Source: a virus
Reading direction: 5' to 3' (one strand)
DNA length: 64,000 nucleotides
Virus record (IMG/VR): IMGVR_UViG_3300038393_000351
Span: 53,392 to 117,391 of that record
Within the stretch, counting starts at the first letter, position 1; each line of letters opens with the position of its first letter. Made by a program: the position numbers and the translations under genes. The notes under the pieces were generated by a model. The model did not search any database. It saw only the letters and a list, made by a program, of their open reading frames with translations, and was not told the DNA's origin. Shown one piece after another: positions 7,731-16,116 of the stretch.

Positions 7731-8585
7731 TTAATTCTTTTTCTTCTTGAGTTGAGCTGGATCGACAGTAGCCGATGCGCCAATCGTAGCTAGATCAGCT
7801 AGTGAACCACCGAACACGTACGTTCCTACATGGTTCATCGACATCCACGGACAGAGCCACACTTTCAATCCCGCGTCGATACACTTCTGTGTAAACCAGT
7901 AGTCCTCAGAAAGATACCGTTTTGTCTTTGGGTCCACGTCGGCTTGGAAGTACATACCGATCTCCCTAGACCCATCGAAATCAGCCATGCGGGCGTGGTC
8001 CGGTCGATATGTAGACTCCGGATACGCTTGAAGGAACTTCTCCAGAGTCCTTCGCGGAATCATCATGAAACCAGTACCGATCTCCAAAACTTCAGCTGGT
8101 TCACTGATCTGGAATGAACCAGTGCCTGCTTTAGGATTGAAGACGTAGTCGCCAACGAACTTCTCCAAGATGTTGGGATCGGACTCAGCCTTACCCTGAT
8201 CAACGGCCATCTTGATCTTTTCCCAGGAGATGCACTTCTTAGGATATGGACCACCAATGACATCGTATGGAGAATTGGGATCAGCCGTCATAGCCATCAG
8301 AGCGACAACGTCCTGCGGAGTGAAGCCGATGTCTGCATCGATGAACATCAGGTGAGTAGCACCCGATCGCAGAAACGCATCGCAGCAGTAGTTTCTGGCT
8401 CGAGTAATCAGAGACTCATTCGAGAGAAAATAAAGCATGATCTCGATGCCATTCACCGCACACAGAGCAGTCAAGTCTGCGATTGCTTTAGTGAACATAC
8501 CGGCGCACATCCCACCGTACATTGGAGTCGCGATGAAGAGCTTATTCTTCCTCAGCTCCGACATCGGTACTGTAATTTCAACCAT
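7731..8585 (-). CDS. GT-A fold glycosyltransferase
   Basis: FIATPMYGG, ESLITRARN, LMFIDADI (DxD), TGFMMI, YLSEDYWF. Confidence 0.8.
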   Translation of the reverse strand: MVEITVPMSELRKNKLFIATPMYGGMCAGMFTKAIADLTALCAVNGIEIMLYFLSNESLITRARNYCCDAFLRSGATHLMFIDADIGFTPQDVVALMAMTADPNSPYDVIGGPYPKKCISWEKIKMAVDQGKAESDPNILEKFVGDYVFNPKAGTGSFQISEPAEVLEIGTGFMMIPRRTLEKFLQAYPESTYRPDHARMADFDGSREIGMYFQADVDPKTKRYLSEDYWFTQKCIDAGLKVWLCPWMSMNHVGTYVFGGSLADLATIGASATVDPAQLKKKKN

Positions 8586-8586
8586 T

Positions 8587-9174
8587 TTATCCTTTCTTCC
8601 TTAAGAACTCAGCGACGATGATTGTGATCTTTTCATAGTACTCATTGATCGTCGTGTCGTTGTGTACGTCCACCTCGTTCGGTGAAACGCCGTAGATGTA
8701 TGACCGAGAATCACCGGTAAAGTCGTAACCGGGGCGATGACACCTGATCAGAAGAGTGTTCTCCAAACCAAAAGCATCTGCAACTGGTTTAGCTTCCTCG
8801 ATAAAACCTGAATCCGGAACAACGATCGCGGATGCACTCGTGTTTCTATTTCGCTGAACGAAGAGTCGTGCAAAGATATCCGAGCCATACTTTAGCTTCA
8901 TATATGATTCTGAAAAATCGATCTGCCACTGGCGATATGAACAGTTAAATTCAGGAATGATGTCTCCCTTAGTGCTTTCATATGGTTCTACGTTTCCGTA
9001 TTCATCCATGCCAGCTCCTACAACACCGGCAAAAGCAGCTTTAAGCGGCATTGCAAACCGATCAAAATCAACGTAAGAATCGGCACTTATAGATGAGAAG
9101 ATCTTTTGTACTCTAAGAGCAGCAGTGTCTTTTCCAGAACGCGGTGGGCCGTTAAACAGAATTATCTTGGTCAA
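8587..9174 (-). CDS. deoxynucleoside monophosphate kinase (gp1-like)
   Basis: P-loop NGPPRSGKDT, FAMPLK, VVPDSGF..E. Confidence 0.8.
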   Translation of the reverse strand: MTKIILFNGPPRSGKDTAALRVQKIFSSISADSYVDFDRFAMPLKAAFAGVVGAGMDEYGNVEPYESTKGDIIPEFNCSYRQWQIDFSESYMKLKYGSDIFARLFVQRNRNTSASAIVVPDSGFIEEAKPVADAFGLENTLLIRCHRPGYDFTGDSRSYIYGVSPNEVDVHNDTTINEYYEKITIIVAEFLRKKG

Positions 9175-9355
9175 TGGGTTTCTCCTCTATAATGAGTTTT
9201 CTGTTCCCCCACACATAAAAATGAGCGTAGTCTCCCGGATTGAAGAGATCTGTTCTATCTCCAACGTATACAGAACCGTCTTCAAGCGATTCGACGACGC
9301 GGGCGGAGACGGTGTGATTTCCTCCGCCGTGAATGATGTGAATCTTTGTTGTCAT
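9152..9355 (-). CDS. hypothetical protein
   Basis: 67-aa ORF coupled by ATGA overlap. Confidence 0.55.
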   Translation of the reverse strand: MTTKIHIIHGGGNHTVSARVVESLEDGSVYVGDRTDLFNPGDYAHFYVWGNRKLIIEEKPIDQDNSV

Positions 9356-10563
9356 AGCAAAATGTCCTCGAGTGTTCTAGGTGCTTCCTTTTCATACACG
9401 TGTTTCTGAGTATGATTATATTGAAACACTAGCGGTTTAGTGACCCACTGCCTGTTTCCATTCAGTGCTTCACGAACTTCCACAGCCATGTCGTGTGCCG
9501 TCTTAACGGGAACGTTCTGACAGATGTGATTAGCCGATTTCTTTGGATCGAGAAGCTCAAAGTTCTCGGGAAGTCCCATTATCGACATAGCTTCACGATA
9601 AGTGATGAAGCGATCGTGAATTGGGTGTGTCAGGCAAGTGGGATAATGACCGACAAACGCACCGATGTAGTCCTTGGGAACAACAGTTCCGCGGCGCATT
9701 AAGTTTCCGCCGGCGTCGAGCTTAGCCTGCCTCTTGGCACACTTGGCGACTTCTCTTTCGAGACCCTGCTTCGCCATCCACTCACCGACTTGAGTGTAAT
9801 TATAACCCTGAAGCTCGATATATGACAACGAATCGTTGCCGCGGGCTTTCAAGGGTTCAAGAACTTTCGTCGAGAACTCTCGATGTGAGATACCACCGTG
9901 AATCACTTCCAGAATAAATCGGTAGTATGGATCTGACTCAGAAGGTGTCCTGGGATTGATCGGATCCATCTGGGAGTTTGACTTAACGTTGATTATAAGA
10001 TCTTCAATCTTCTGATGCGGCTCGTTATAGTAGTTCAAGATCGGAGTCTTATCGCCTTTCCAGAAGAAGTAGAACGAACGCTCCCGGACTTGAGGGATGC
10101 CGTGCAGGAGTGATCGCGTACGATAGAAAGAAGCTGTGTATCCATACTTCTTTCCAATGCTGATTAAGTTAGCTCGTACGTTCTGTCCAATCTTTCCGGC
10201 TAGTCCTGGAGCGTTCTCACCGAAGTACGCAGCTGGTTTAATCGTTCCCAGAACATACTCAGCTGCTTTCGGCATCCAATCGTTTGCGGGATTGTTGTCA
10301 CCGTATCCATGGGATAACTGAGACAAGCCCGCACAAGGACACGTGCTGTGAACAACGTCTACTTTAGTGTGCGGAGAATCACCGTTGTCTATTACGTAGT
10401 ACGGAACGTCTTTACCAAGCGTGCTTTGGTAGTGATTGACGATGTGCTTATCGTTATTCCAAAACGCTTTGTACGAAATAAGATATTCTGGATCTTGATC
10501 AAAAGCCTTGGCTGTTCCAATATCCATTCCACCAATGAGTGGAATAATTCCCGCGAATTTCAA
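9352..10563 (-). CDS. C5-cytosine DNA methyltransferase-like protein (atypical motif I)
   Basis: catalytic PCAGLS (motif IV), ENAP (VI), PQVRER (VIII), RFITYREAMSIMGLP (IX), QNVP (X); motif I is IPLIGG. Confidence 0.85.
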   Translation of the reverse strand: MKFAGIIPLIGGMDIGTAKAFDQDPEYLISYKAFWNNDKHIVNHYQSTLGKDVPYYVIDNGDSPHTKVDVVHSTCPCAGLSQLSHGYGDNNPANDWMPKAAEYVLGTIKPAAYFGENAPGLAGKIGQNVRANLISIGKKYGYTASFYRTRSLLHGIPQVRERSFYFFWKGDKTPILNYYNEPHQKIEDLIINVKSNSQMDPINPRTPSESDPYYRFILEVIHGGISHREFSTKVLEPLKARGNDSLSYIELQGYNYTQVGEWMAKQGLEREVAKCAKRQAKLDAGGNLMRRGTVVPKDYIGAFVGHYPTCLTHPIHDRFITYREAMSIMGLPENFELLDPKKSANHICQNVPVKTAHDMAVEVREALNGNRQWVTKPLVFQYNHTQKHVYEKEAPRTLEDILL

Positions 10564-10577
10564 ATTACCTCTTTTCT

Positions 10578-11051
10578 CTATGGCAGTAGAATTTTCTTAG
10601 TAAGAAGGATAGCTTCCTCCATATCGTGAACTGTGAACGGACAAGCCTCACGCATCATAGCATGATCGTGAACGTTAGGTGAATCCTTCTCGGTCAGATA
10701 GACGATGGGAATGTTCCATGCATCGGCCCAGGCTACTTCCATCACAGTACCAATGGAGACTCGGCCAGCACCGATCATATTCACGAAAACGAGATCGGAT
10801 GTCTTGACGTCATTGCGGTCGCGATGAAAGATGCCGCGCTGTGTCGACATGACGGAGAGTGTGTCTGGATAGACATCCAGGATCTCCTTCTCATTGGAGA
10901 GATACTCCTTTGAGCGAAGGGGAGAGTACGCAACGATCCTACCATTGGAGATGTCGTCCAACTGCTTACTTACATACTCACGCCAGTTGGTGCATCCACC
11001 CCAGGAGCAACCGGTAATCGGACCTGCGGTATATACTTTATATGAATTCAT
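10578..11051 (-). CDS. nucleoside 2-deoxyribosyltransferase / nucleotide N-glycosidase family protein
   Basis: VYTAGPI...D...SIGTVMEVAWA motif set. Confidence 0.8.
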   Translation of the reverse strand: MNSYKVYTAGPITGCSWGGCTNWREYVSKQLDDISNGRIVAYSPLRSKEYLSNEKEILDVYPDTLSVMSTQRGIFHRDRNDVKTSDLVFVNMIGAGRVSIGTVMEVAWADAWNIPIVYLTEKDSPNVHDHAMMREACPFTVHDMEEAILLTKKILLP

Positions 11052-11070
11052 AATGTAAAAACCTCTGAGC

Positions 11071-11078
11071 TATTTATA
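11071..11078 (-). promoter_or_regulatory. T4-type late promoter
   Basis: TATAAATA on minus strand just upstream of the NDT-like gene. Confidence 0.55.
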
Positions 11079-11343
11079 CTCGACTTCGATAAACGTCACC
11101 GTTTTCCAACATTTTCTTATCTTCGTATGGAGAAACTACTCGACGAGAGAACTCTAACTTAGCGCACTCCAATGCACCAATGATCTCATTACAACGTGTA
11201 TATGAGATGTTGTGTCCAAGATATGCATCACATATCGTAGTGATGACGTAGTTCAGTTCACCTGGAGTAAAGCACGCAGTACCAACTGAACTTAGGTAGC
11301 GATCACGTAGATTCAGACGTGCTTCTTCACTGATGTACGGCAT
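11074..11343 (-). CDS. conserved hypothetical protein
   Basis: MPYI...PGELNYVIT...IGALECAKLEF.RR...PYEDKK..ENGDVY pattern often seen in nucleotide-metabolism clusters. Confidence 0.75.
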   Translation of the reverse strand: MPYISEEARLNLRDRYLSSVGTACFTPGELNYVITTICDAYLGHNISYTRCNEIIGALECAKLEFSRRVVSPYEDKKMLENGDVYRSRV

Positions 11344-12568
11344 TTTCAATCTTTCTCATTAAATCATCAAAGACAAACTGCGAGTCTTGGTGTGCTTTAT
11401 AGTACTCAAACGCTTTGAGTCTCCATGCATGGCGTTCATGCGGGTCTTCTGAGAGGCGCTTGATGATTTCGAACGCCTGACCCATGTCGCTCTTATTCGT
11501 CGGAAGCCAGATCGTTCCGGAGTCGTCTTCAGTCAAGCGATTACCCGTCACACGATGGGTGCAAGCGTCACCGAACTCCTTCCTGAAAACTGGAAGAGCA
11601 CCAACTGCTGGAATCTCACAATGAGTGTATTCAATCGATTTATCTATGAATTTTGAATCAAGAAGCGAGAGCTGAAATCCAAACGCAGTCTTGGCCATTC
11701 TCTTCAGCATGGCGTCGTTGTTGTATACGGAGAACACTACGGCGTCTTTTCCACGATAGTCCTTCATATCAACGGTATCTGGATCTTTGTTCGCCAGCAT
11801 ATCAACGAAGACGGACTTCGTCTTAAAGTCGAGATACGCAGGCGACTTCTCGATACCCTCTAGAACCGTGGCGAATCCAGCATCGCGAAGGTAGTTGTTG
11901 TGTAAATCGAACATGGGAACGAAGCCTTTCCAGAAAGTCGTTCGTCCGATCCACCGACATAGTTTATCATCTTGTGCCATGACTGGACACCAATATCTCT
12001 CGAAGAGAGCATCAAAGTTGCACGCCGGCTGAAACGTTTCGATCTTTCTTCCAGGAGAAAACAGTGTCTCGAGTCCCTCACCGCCTGAAAACGACGCCAC
12101 TTGCTCAGCGAAGTGACCGGTCGTTGAGTGTGCAAAGATAGCCGCGGCGCGATCTACTAGAATCTCAGTGCCTGCGTTTCTACGCAGGGACAGCTTGTTG
12201 TGATCGTGCTGGATCATGATGATCGGAGGCTTACACTCCGAGATGCACTCCAGAAAGTTATCAACGGCCTTGGCATCGTGTGCTTTGACAGTCTTCTTTA
12301 CTTGAGCCGATGGTAGGGAGTTGACGATGACCACATCGGCTTTATTGATGATGTCCATAGCGTGCTTGAACTGATCATCTTTGGCGAACTTGAATTGAAG
12401 GCAATCGAGTTCGTGGGAATCCTTTCGAGACCACGTTTTATCTTTCAGGGCGATCACTGGATTATTGATGCCCTTTTTCTTTAAGTACTTCTGAAGCTCA
12501 ATAGTGAACTTCGTAACACCACATCCCTCTACACCCCTCCCAAGAAGAGTGACTACATTGCTAATCAC
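11327..12568 (-). CDS. agt: DNA alpha-glucosyltransferase (hmC)
   Basis: RGVEGCGVTKF, QHDH..LSLRRN, RWIGRTT.WKGF, EG.E.SPA, SIEYTH.E, HQDS all match T4 Agt. Confidence 0.92.
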   Translation of the reverse strand: MISNVVTLLGRGVEGCGVTKFTIELQKYLKKKGINNPVIALKDKTWSRKDSHELDCLQFKFAKDDQFKHAMDIINKADVVIVNSLPSAQVKKTVKAHDAKAVDNFLECISECKPPIIMIQHDHNKLSLRRNAGTEILVDRAAAIFAHSTTGHFAEQVASFSGGEGLETLFSPGRKIETFQPACNFDALFERYWCPVMAQDDKLCRWIGRTTFWKGFVPMFDLHNNYLRDAGFATVLEGIEKSPAYLDFKTKSVFVDMLANKDPDTVDMKDYRGKDAVVFSVYNNDAMLKRMAKTAFGFQLSLLDSKFIDKSIEYTHCEIPAVGALPVFRKEFGDACTHRVTGNRLTEDDSGTIWLPTNKSDMGQAFEIIKRLSEDPHERHAWRLKAFEYYKAHQDSQFVFDDLMRKIENAVHQ

Positions 12569-12945
12569 GATTCGATATACTCCTTGCAGCGCTTCAGTTC
12601 AGCGCGTTCAAACTCTTTATCATTCAGAAGACGATTTCTCGGTGATGGGTGCGGGAGCTTAAAGTGCTCCACGTTCAACTTATCGAGAACTCTAGATGCA
12701 AACCCACCCAGTGCGACGATTTTCTCGTGATACTTAGTAACTTCTCGAAGTAGATCCCACTGAACGTACTCCATCTTAGCCGCGCCGCGATCAGGGACAG
12801 AGTTTACGAAGGATATCACGCCAAGATCCATGTCGTCTACCCACGCCGACAGCTTCTTGAACGTTTGGTTGGGCTTCATTCCGATCGTCGGTCGATCCGC
12901 TGGATTCATTCCTACAAAGAGAACGTTTATTTTCTTCCTGCTCAT
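12565..12945 (-). CDS. uracil-DNA glycosylase superfamily protein (minimal)
   Basis: VLFVGMNP, IVALG, LPHPSPRN motifs; ATG at 12945. Confidence 0.75.
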   Translation of the reverse strand: MSRKKINVLFVGMNPADRPTIGMKPNQTFKKLSAWVDDMDLGVISFVNSVPDRGAAKMEYVQWDLLREVTKYHEKIVALGGFASRVLDKLNVEHFKLPHPSPRNRLLNDKEFERAELKRCKEYIES

Positions 12946-13708
12946 GGTCGTGTCTTTCCCAAAAATCTTCTGTGAACTTAAGATTGATCTGCGGCTCTGA
13001 ACTGTATGGGATATTCTCCTTCTGGAAGAGAGGAAGAACTGCTTTAATGATTCCATCTGCATTCGATATGGACAAATACGTTACAGTTATAGGCATCACC
13101 GATTTAGACGGTGGAAACGTATAGGTCGCTTTCAGATCACCGCGATAGAAGGGCAGACGCTTGTATCCTTCATAATCGACTTCATTTGTCTCAACGCGAT
13201 TACCAGCGTACACTTGTCCAGTGTGAATTGAAATATACTCTATTTCCTTCTCGGAGGGAATTTCGTAACACACGAACTCAACACCACACTTATTGAACAT
13301 AAACTTCGTATCTTCAAAGGAAGCAGCCCACTTAGATTTCATGGGCTTATATCTCATGACGACTCGCTTGATACCAGATTGTATCACGGCTTTAGCACAC
13401 TCAGAACAAGTAGCGATACCATCCACAAAGAGCGTAGCTCCTTTTAAGGAAACTCCGTTTCTGGCTGCGTTATAGATCGCGTTCTCCTCGGCGTGAACTA
13501 CGTACTTCAGCTTTATTTCACGATCGTTATAGAGTTCCTCATCATCGGGAAATCCCTCAGGAAAACCGTTGTAGCCTGTCGCAACGATTCGACGATCGAT
13601 AACGGCTACCGCACCTAGCTTTGATCTCGGGTCTTTCGACCACGTAGCTATCTCATTCTTAGCTACGTCGAGAAACCGCTTATCCCACTTGGGAATCTCT
13701 ACTTCCAT
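12791..13708 (-). CDS. cd: dCMP deaminase with long C-terminal extension
   Basis: WSKDP, TGYNGFP, HAEENAI, CSEC zinc motifs. Confidence 0.88.
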   Translation of the reverse strand: MEVEIPKWDKRFLDVAKNEIATWSKDPRSKLGAVAVIDRRIVATGYNGFPEGFPDDEELYNDREIKLKYVVHAEENAIYNAARNGVSLKGATLFVDGIATCSECAKAVIQSGIKRVVMRYKPMKSKWAASFEDTKFMFNKCGVEFVCYEIPSEKEIEYISIHTGQVYAGNRVETNEVDYEGYKRLPFYRGDLKATYTFPPSKSVMPITVTYLSISNADGIIKAVLPLFQKENIPYSSEPQINLKFTEDFWERHDHEQEENKRSLCRNESSGSTDDRNEAQPNVQEAVGVGRRHGSWRDILRKLCP

Positions 13709-14484
13709 GGTGACTCCGGATACTTCTCGCGATACTCAGATTTCTTGATTGAGATCTGACCAGTCTTATCGTAGTGATCGACTAGATAGAAATCCTTCTC
13801 ATAGCAGTGAAGGGAACCGACTTGCCAGTGAATCGTACCAGCTTCGAGCTCACCGCCGAAGCTCTGGTTCAGAACATCGACCATGTTGTGCTGAACGTGC
13901 CTCTGCCAAGCGTAGTCGTTCCTATAGCCCGCCCAGACGTCGTTGCTGCGCATCTGAACTACGACGTCCAGAAGACCATCACGGATCAGGTATTGAACTG
14001 CGTTCGTACAGACGAAATCCGACATACCACCCTTATTGTAGTCTTCGTGCATAGAGGGACGGTTATAGATAGCCAGTGCCCTGCGGGAGAGCGGATTCTT
14101 CTTGAGCTCCTCGATCACGTTCCTCCACTGATAGTAGTTCTCAGCGGAGTATAGAATAAAACCGTAGTTTGAGTTGATGTATCCGGTGCGCTCTGAGTTC
14201 AGCTCAGGAATGATCTCCTTCGACGCGATCTGTTGCCAGATCTTCGGAGGACCACCCGGGATATCATTAACGTTTCTCGACATCGACTGATACCACTCGA
14301 GCTCACGTGAAACGTAGTCCTCGTTCACTTCACCAAAGATGAGGGGTTCATCTGCGATGAAGTCAGCACCGACGATCTCGATCGTCTTGACACCAGTCTT
14401 ATCGATCACGAACTGCTCTCGAAGCAGGAGATCAGTGAACTGCGATCGTACTTCCAGAATCCTATTATCTCGATATCCCTGCAT
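13699..14484 (-). CDS. gp42: dCMP hydroxymethylase (thymidylate synthase fold)
   Basis: MSDFVCTNAVQYLIRD...MRSNDV..G.RNDYAWQ nearly identical to T4 gp42; Asp at the dCMP-specificity position. Confidence 0.9.
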   Translation of the reverse strand: MQGYRDNRILEVRSQFTDLLLREQFVIDKTGVKTIEIVGADFIADEPLIFGEVNEDYVSRELEWYQSMSRNVNDIPGGPPKIWQQIASKEIIPELNSERTGYINSNYGFILYSAENYYQWRNVIEELKKNPLSRRALAIYNRPSMHEDYNKGGMSDFVCTNAVQYLIRDGLLDVVVQMRSNDVWAGYRNDYAWQRHVQHNMVDVLNQSFGGELEAGTIHWQVGSLHCYEKDFYLVDHYDKTGQISIKKSEYREKYPESPWK

Positions 14485-14491
14485 CTTATTC

Positions 14492-14950
14492 CTATCGGCT
14501 CACTGAGGGAATGCGAAAATCCCATTCATCTGTTTTATCAATCGGACAGAACGCCACCGTTGGTTGAGCTTGACCCATCAAACCCTCATAACCCGTCAAG
14601 CTCGGAGTGTTTGAAGCAACTATACATCGGTTAAACATGTCGCGATCGGGCTTCTGACCCTCCATCTTACCGCGAAGCCAAGACACACCGAACGATGCGT
14701 AGTTGATGAGGTCTTTCAGAGAATCCTCGATCGACTCATGCTTGGGTTTTACACCGGCCGCGGAAGCCTCGAGCAGAGACTGAATCCTGAGCATCTTACC
14801 ATTCATCGTATCGAAGATCGTGTCGATGCCTCGGCGATAGTGATCGGCTTGAACAACGTTCGAGTTCGGATTCTGATAATCCTGCGACTTCGCGAGCTGA
14901 AGTTCAATGCATTCACGAAGGACTTTTACCGATTCTCTTTCTTCACTCAA
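14492..14950 (-). CDS. nucleotide-modification-associated all-alpha protein (DUF1599/Nmad1-like)
   Basis: K.QDY...KMLRI.SL...ESIEDSLKDLINYA. Confidence 0.75.
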   Translation of the reverse strand: MSEERESVKVLRECIELQLAKSQDYQNPNSNVVQADHYRRGIDTIFDTMNGKMLRIQSLLEASAAGVKPKHESIEDSLKDLINYASFGVSWLRGKMEGQKPDRDMFNRCIVASNTPSLTGYEGLMGQAQPTVAFCPIDKTDEWDFRIPSVSR

Positions 14951-15579
14951 TTAGCTAACTCCACTAGTCTCCTCAGCTCTGGGCAGAGGGGTTGAAAATA
15001 CTTTGGACGAATGAGCAAGTCTCTATCAAGAATTAACCTCAGAGAGACTGCTAATGAATGCTCTTCAATGTTTGCCTGAATAAAATTCAATATAACCGAT
15101 GAAGCAATTGAAAAAGCTGGCCTATACTTAAATGTCGTTGATCCATTATCTCTATCTGGTTTCACGCCTTTTGTAAAACCAAATAAAAAGAAGTCGTTGT
15201 GTGCAGTTGATTTCTTGATTGAATCATACGTTGCCGGACTGATCCACACCATGTCTCCTCTCTTACTCAAGTGAGTGAAGGATTTAACTTGAACACACTC
15301 CGAACCGTAGTATAAATCCACGGCGATCTCCGACCATGGGTGTTCGTTTGGATTCTCATAGATAGGATTTGCGGGAACAAAGAGGCCGGTCGAAGTGAAG
15401 TAGTCCTCTAGACCGAAGCCAGACGCCGTGTCATATTGAACCTGCTGCAGAGTCCTCTTGTTCGAGACGCGTCCAAAATTATTACGCACCATCTGCTCGA
15501 AACCAACGATATTTCGAGCGTCGATAGTGGCTTCAGGCGTGTTTTGAAGTAAGACTACGTCCAGTTCGTTGATCATCAC
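14947..15579 (-). CDS. hypothetical protein, possible PD-(D/E)xK nuclease
   Basis: E...VDLYY.SECVQVKS resembles a D-x(n)-QxK catalytic motif. Confidence 0.5.
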   Translation of the reverse strand: MMINELDVVLLQNTPEATIDARNIVGFEQMVRNNFGRVSNKRTLQQVQYDTASGFGLEDYFTSTGLFVPANPIYENPNEHPWSEIAVDLYYGSECVQVKSFTHLSKRGDMVWISPATYDSIKKSTAHNDFFLFGFTKGVKPDRDNGSTTFKYRPAFSIASSVILNFIQANIEEHSLAVSLRLILDRDLLIRPKYFQPLCPELRRLVELAN

Positions 15580-16001
15580 AAGTCACACACCGGCTTCTTA
15601 AAGATGATCTCGAGTGTTCCGATGTTGTCCTTATGAGACGGTGCAGTCCATCCCTCAGGCTTCATCAGATCAGGTAAACCCAACGGATTTGGACGACCCT
15701 CTTTGATTCCAGGCTTCTTATTCATATTAGCTTCGAGAACGTTGTCCCAAGCTTGATATGAGTCTACACCGAAAGCATCGAGTGTTCCGATAGCCACAAC
15801 ACAGAGATCGATCAGAGCGTCTACGACGTCATCTGCGTTCTCAGCATTCTTCAGTTCATTGAGCTCTTCTTGGAGAAAGTTGATTCGGAACTCAAGAAGC
15901 TTCTTAGCTTTCTCTCGATCAAGTGTGATCTCGTCGAAAGCATAGTCCATGTTGTAAAACTCATGCATCTCAGCGATGTCATAAACCCAATTACTCGAAA
16001 T
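15576..16001 (-). CDS. MazG/dimeric dUTPase-like NTP pyrophosphatase (candidate dCTPase)
   Basis: LQEELNE...VVDALIDL...ANM.K...KPEGW; probable ATT start at 16001 (ORF track uses ATG 15968). Confidence 0.82.
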   Translation of the reverse strand: MSSNWVYDIAEMHEFYNMDYAFDEITLDREKAKKLLEFRINFLQEELNELKNAENADDVVDALIDLCVVAIGTLDAFGVDSYQAWDNVLEANMNKKPGIKEGRPNPLGLPDLMKPEGWTAPSHKDNIGTLEIIFKKPVCDL

Positions 16002-16035
16002 AACACTTCTCCTTTTTGATTATTACAGAACAAAA

Positions 16036-16110
16036 TGGCGCACCTAGACGGAATCGAACCGCCGACACAAGGGTTGAAAGCCTCCGTTCTACCATCTGAA
16101 CTATAGGTGC
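16036..16110 (-). tRNA. tRNA with atypical anticodon arm (TTC/Glu or TCA reading)
   Basis: GCACCTA/TAGGTGC acceptor, GTTC/GAAC D-stem, GGCGG-TTCGATT-CCGTC T-arm, encoded CCA; anticodon arm imperfect. Confidence 0.8.
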
Positions 16111-16116
16111 TGAAAT

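Noticed and set aside
13699-14484. Thymidylate synthase (thyA/td) call
   Set aside because: The RNDYAWQ motif has Asp at the specificity position and the sequence tracks T4 gp42, and agt is nearby; dCMP hydroxymethylase fits better
16036-16110. Genome-wide UGA recoding suggested by a possible TCA anticodon
   Set aside because: Many genes end in TGA with ATGA/GTGA overlaps and core genes are full length under the standard code
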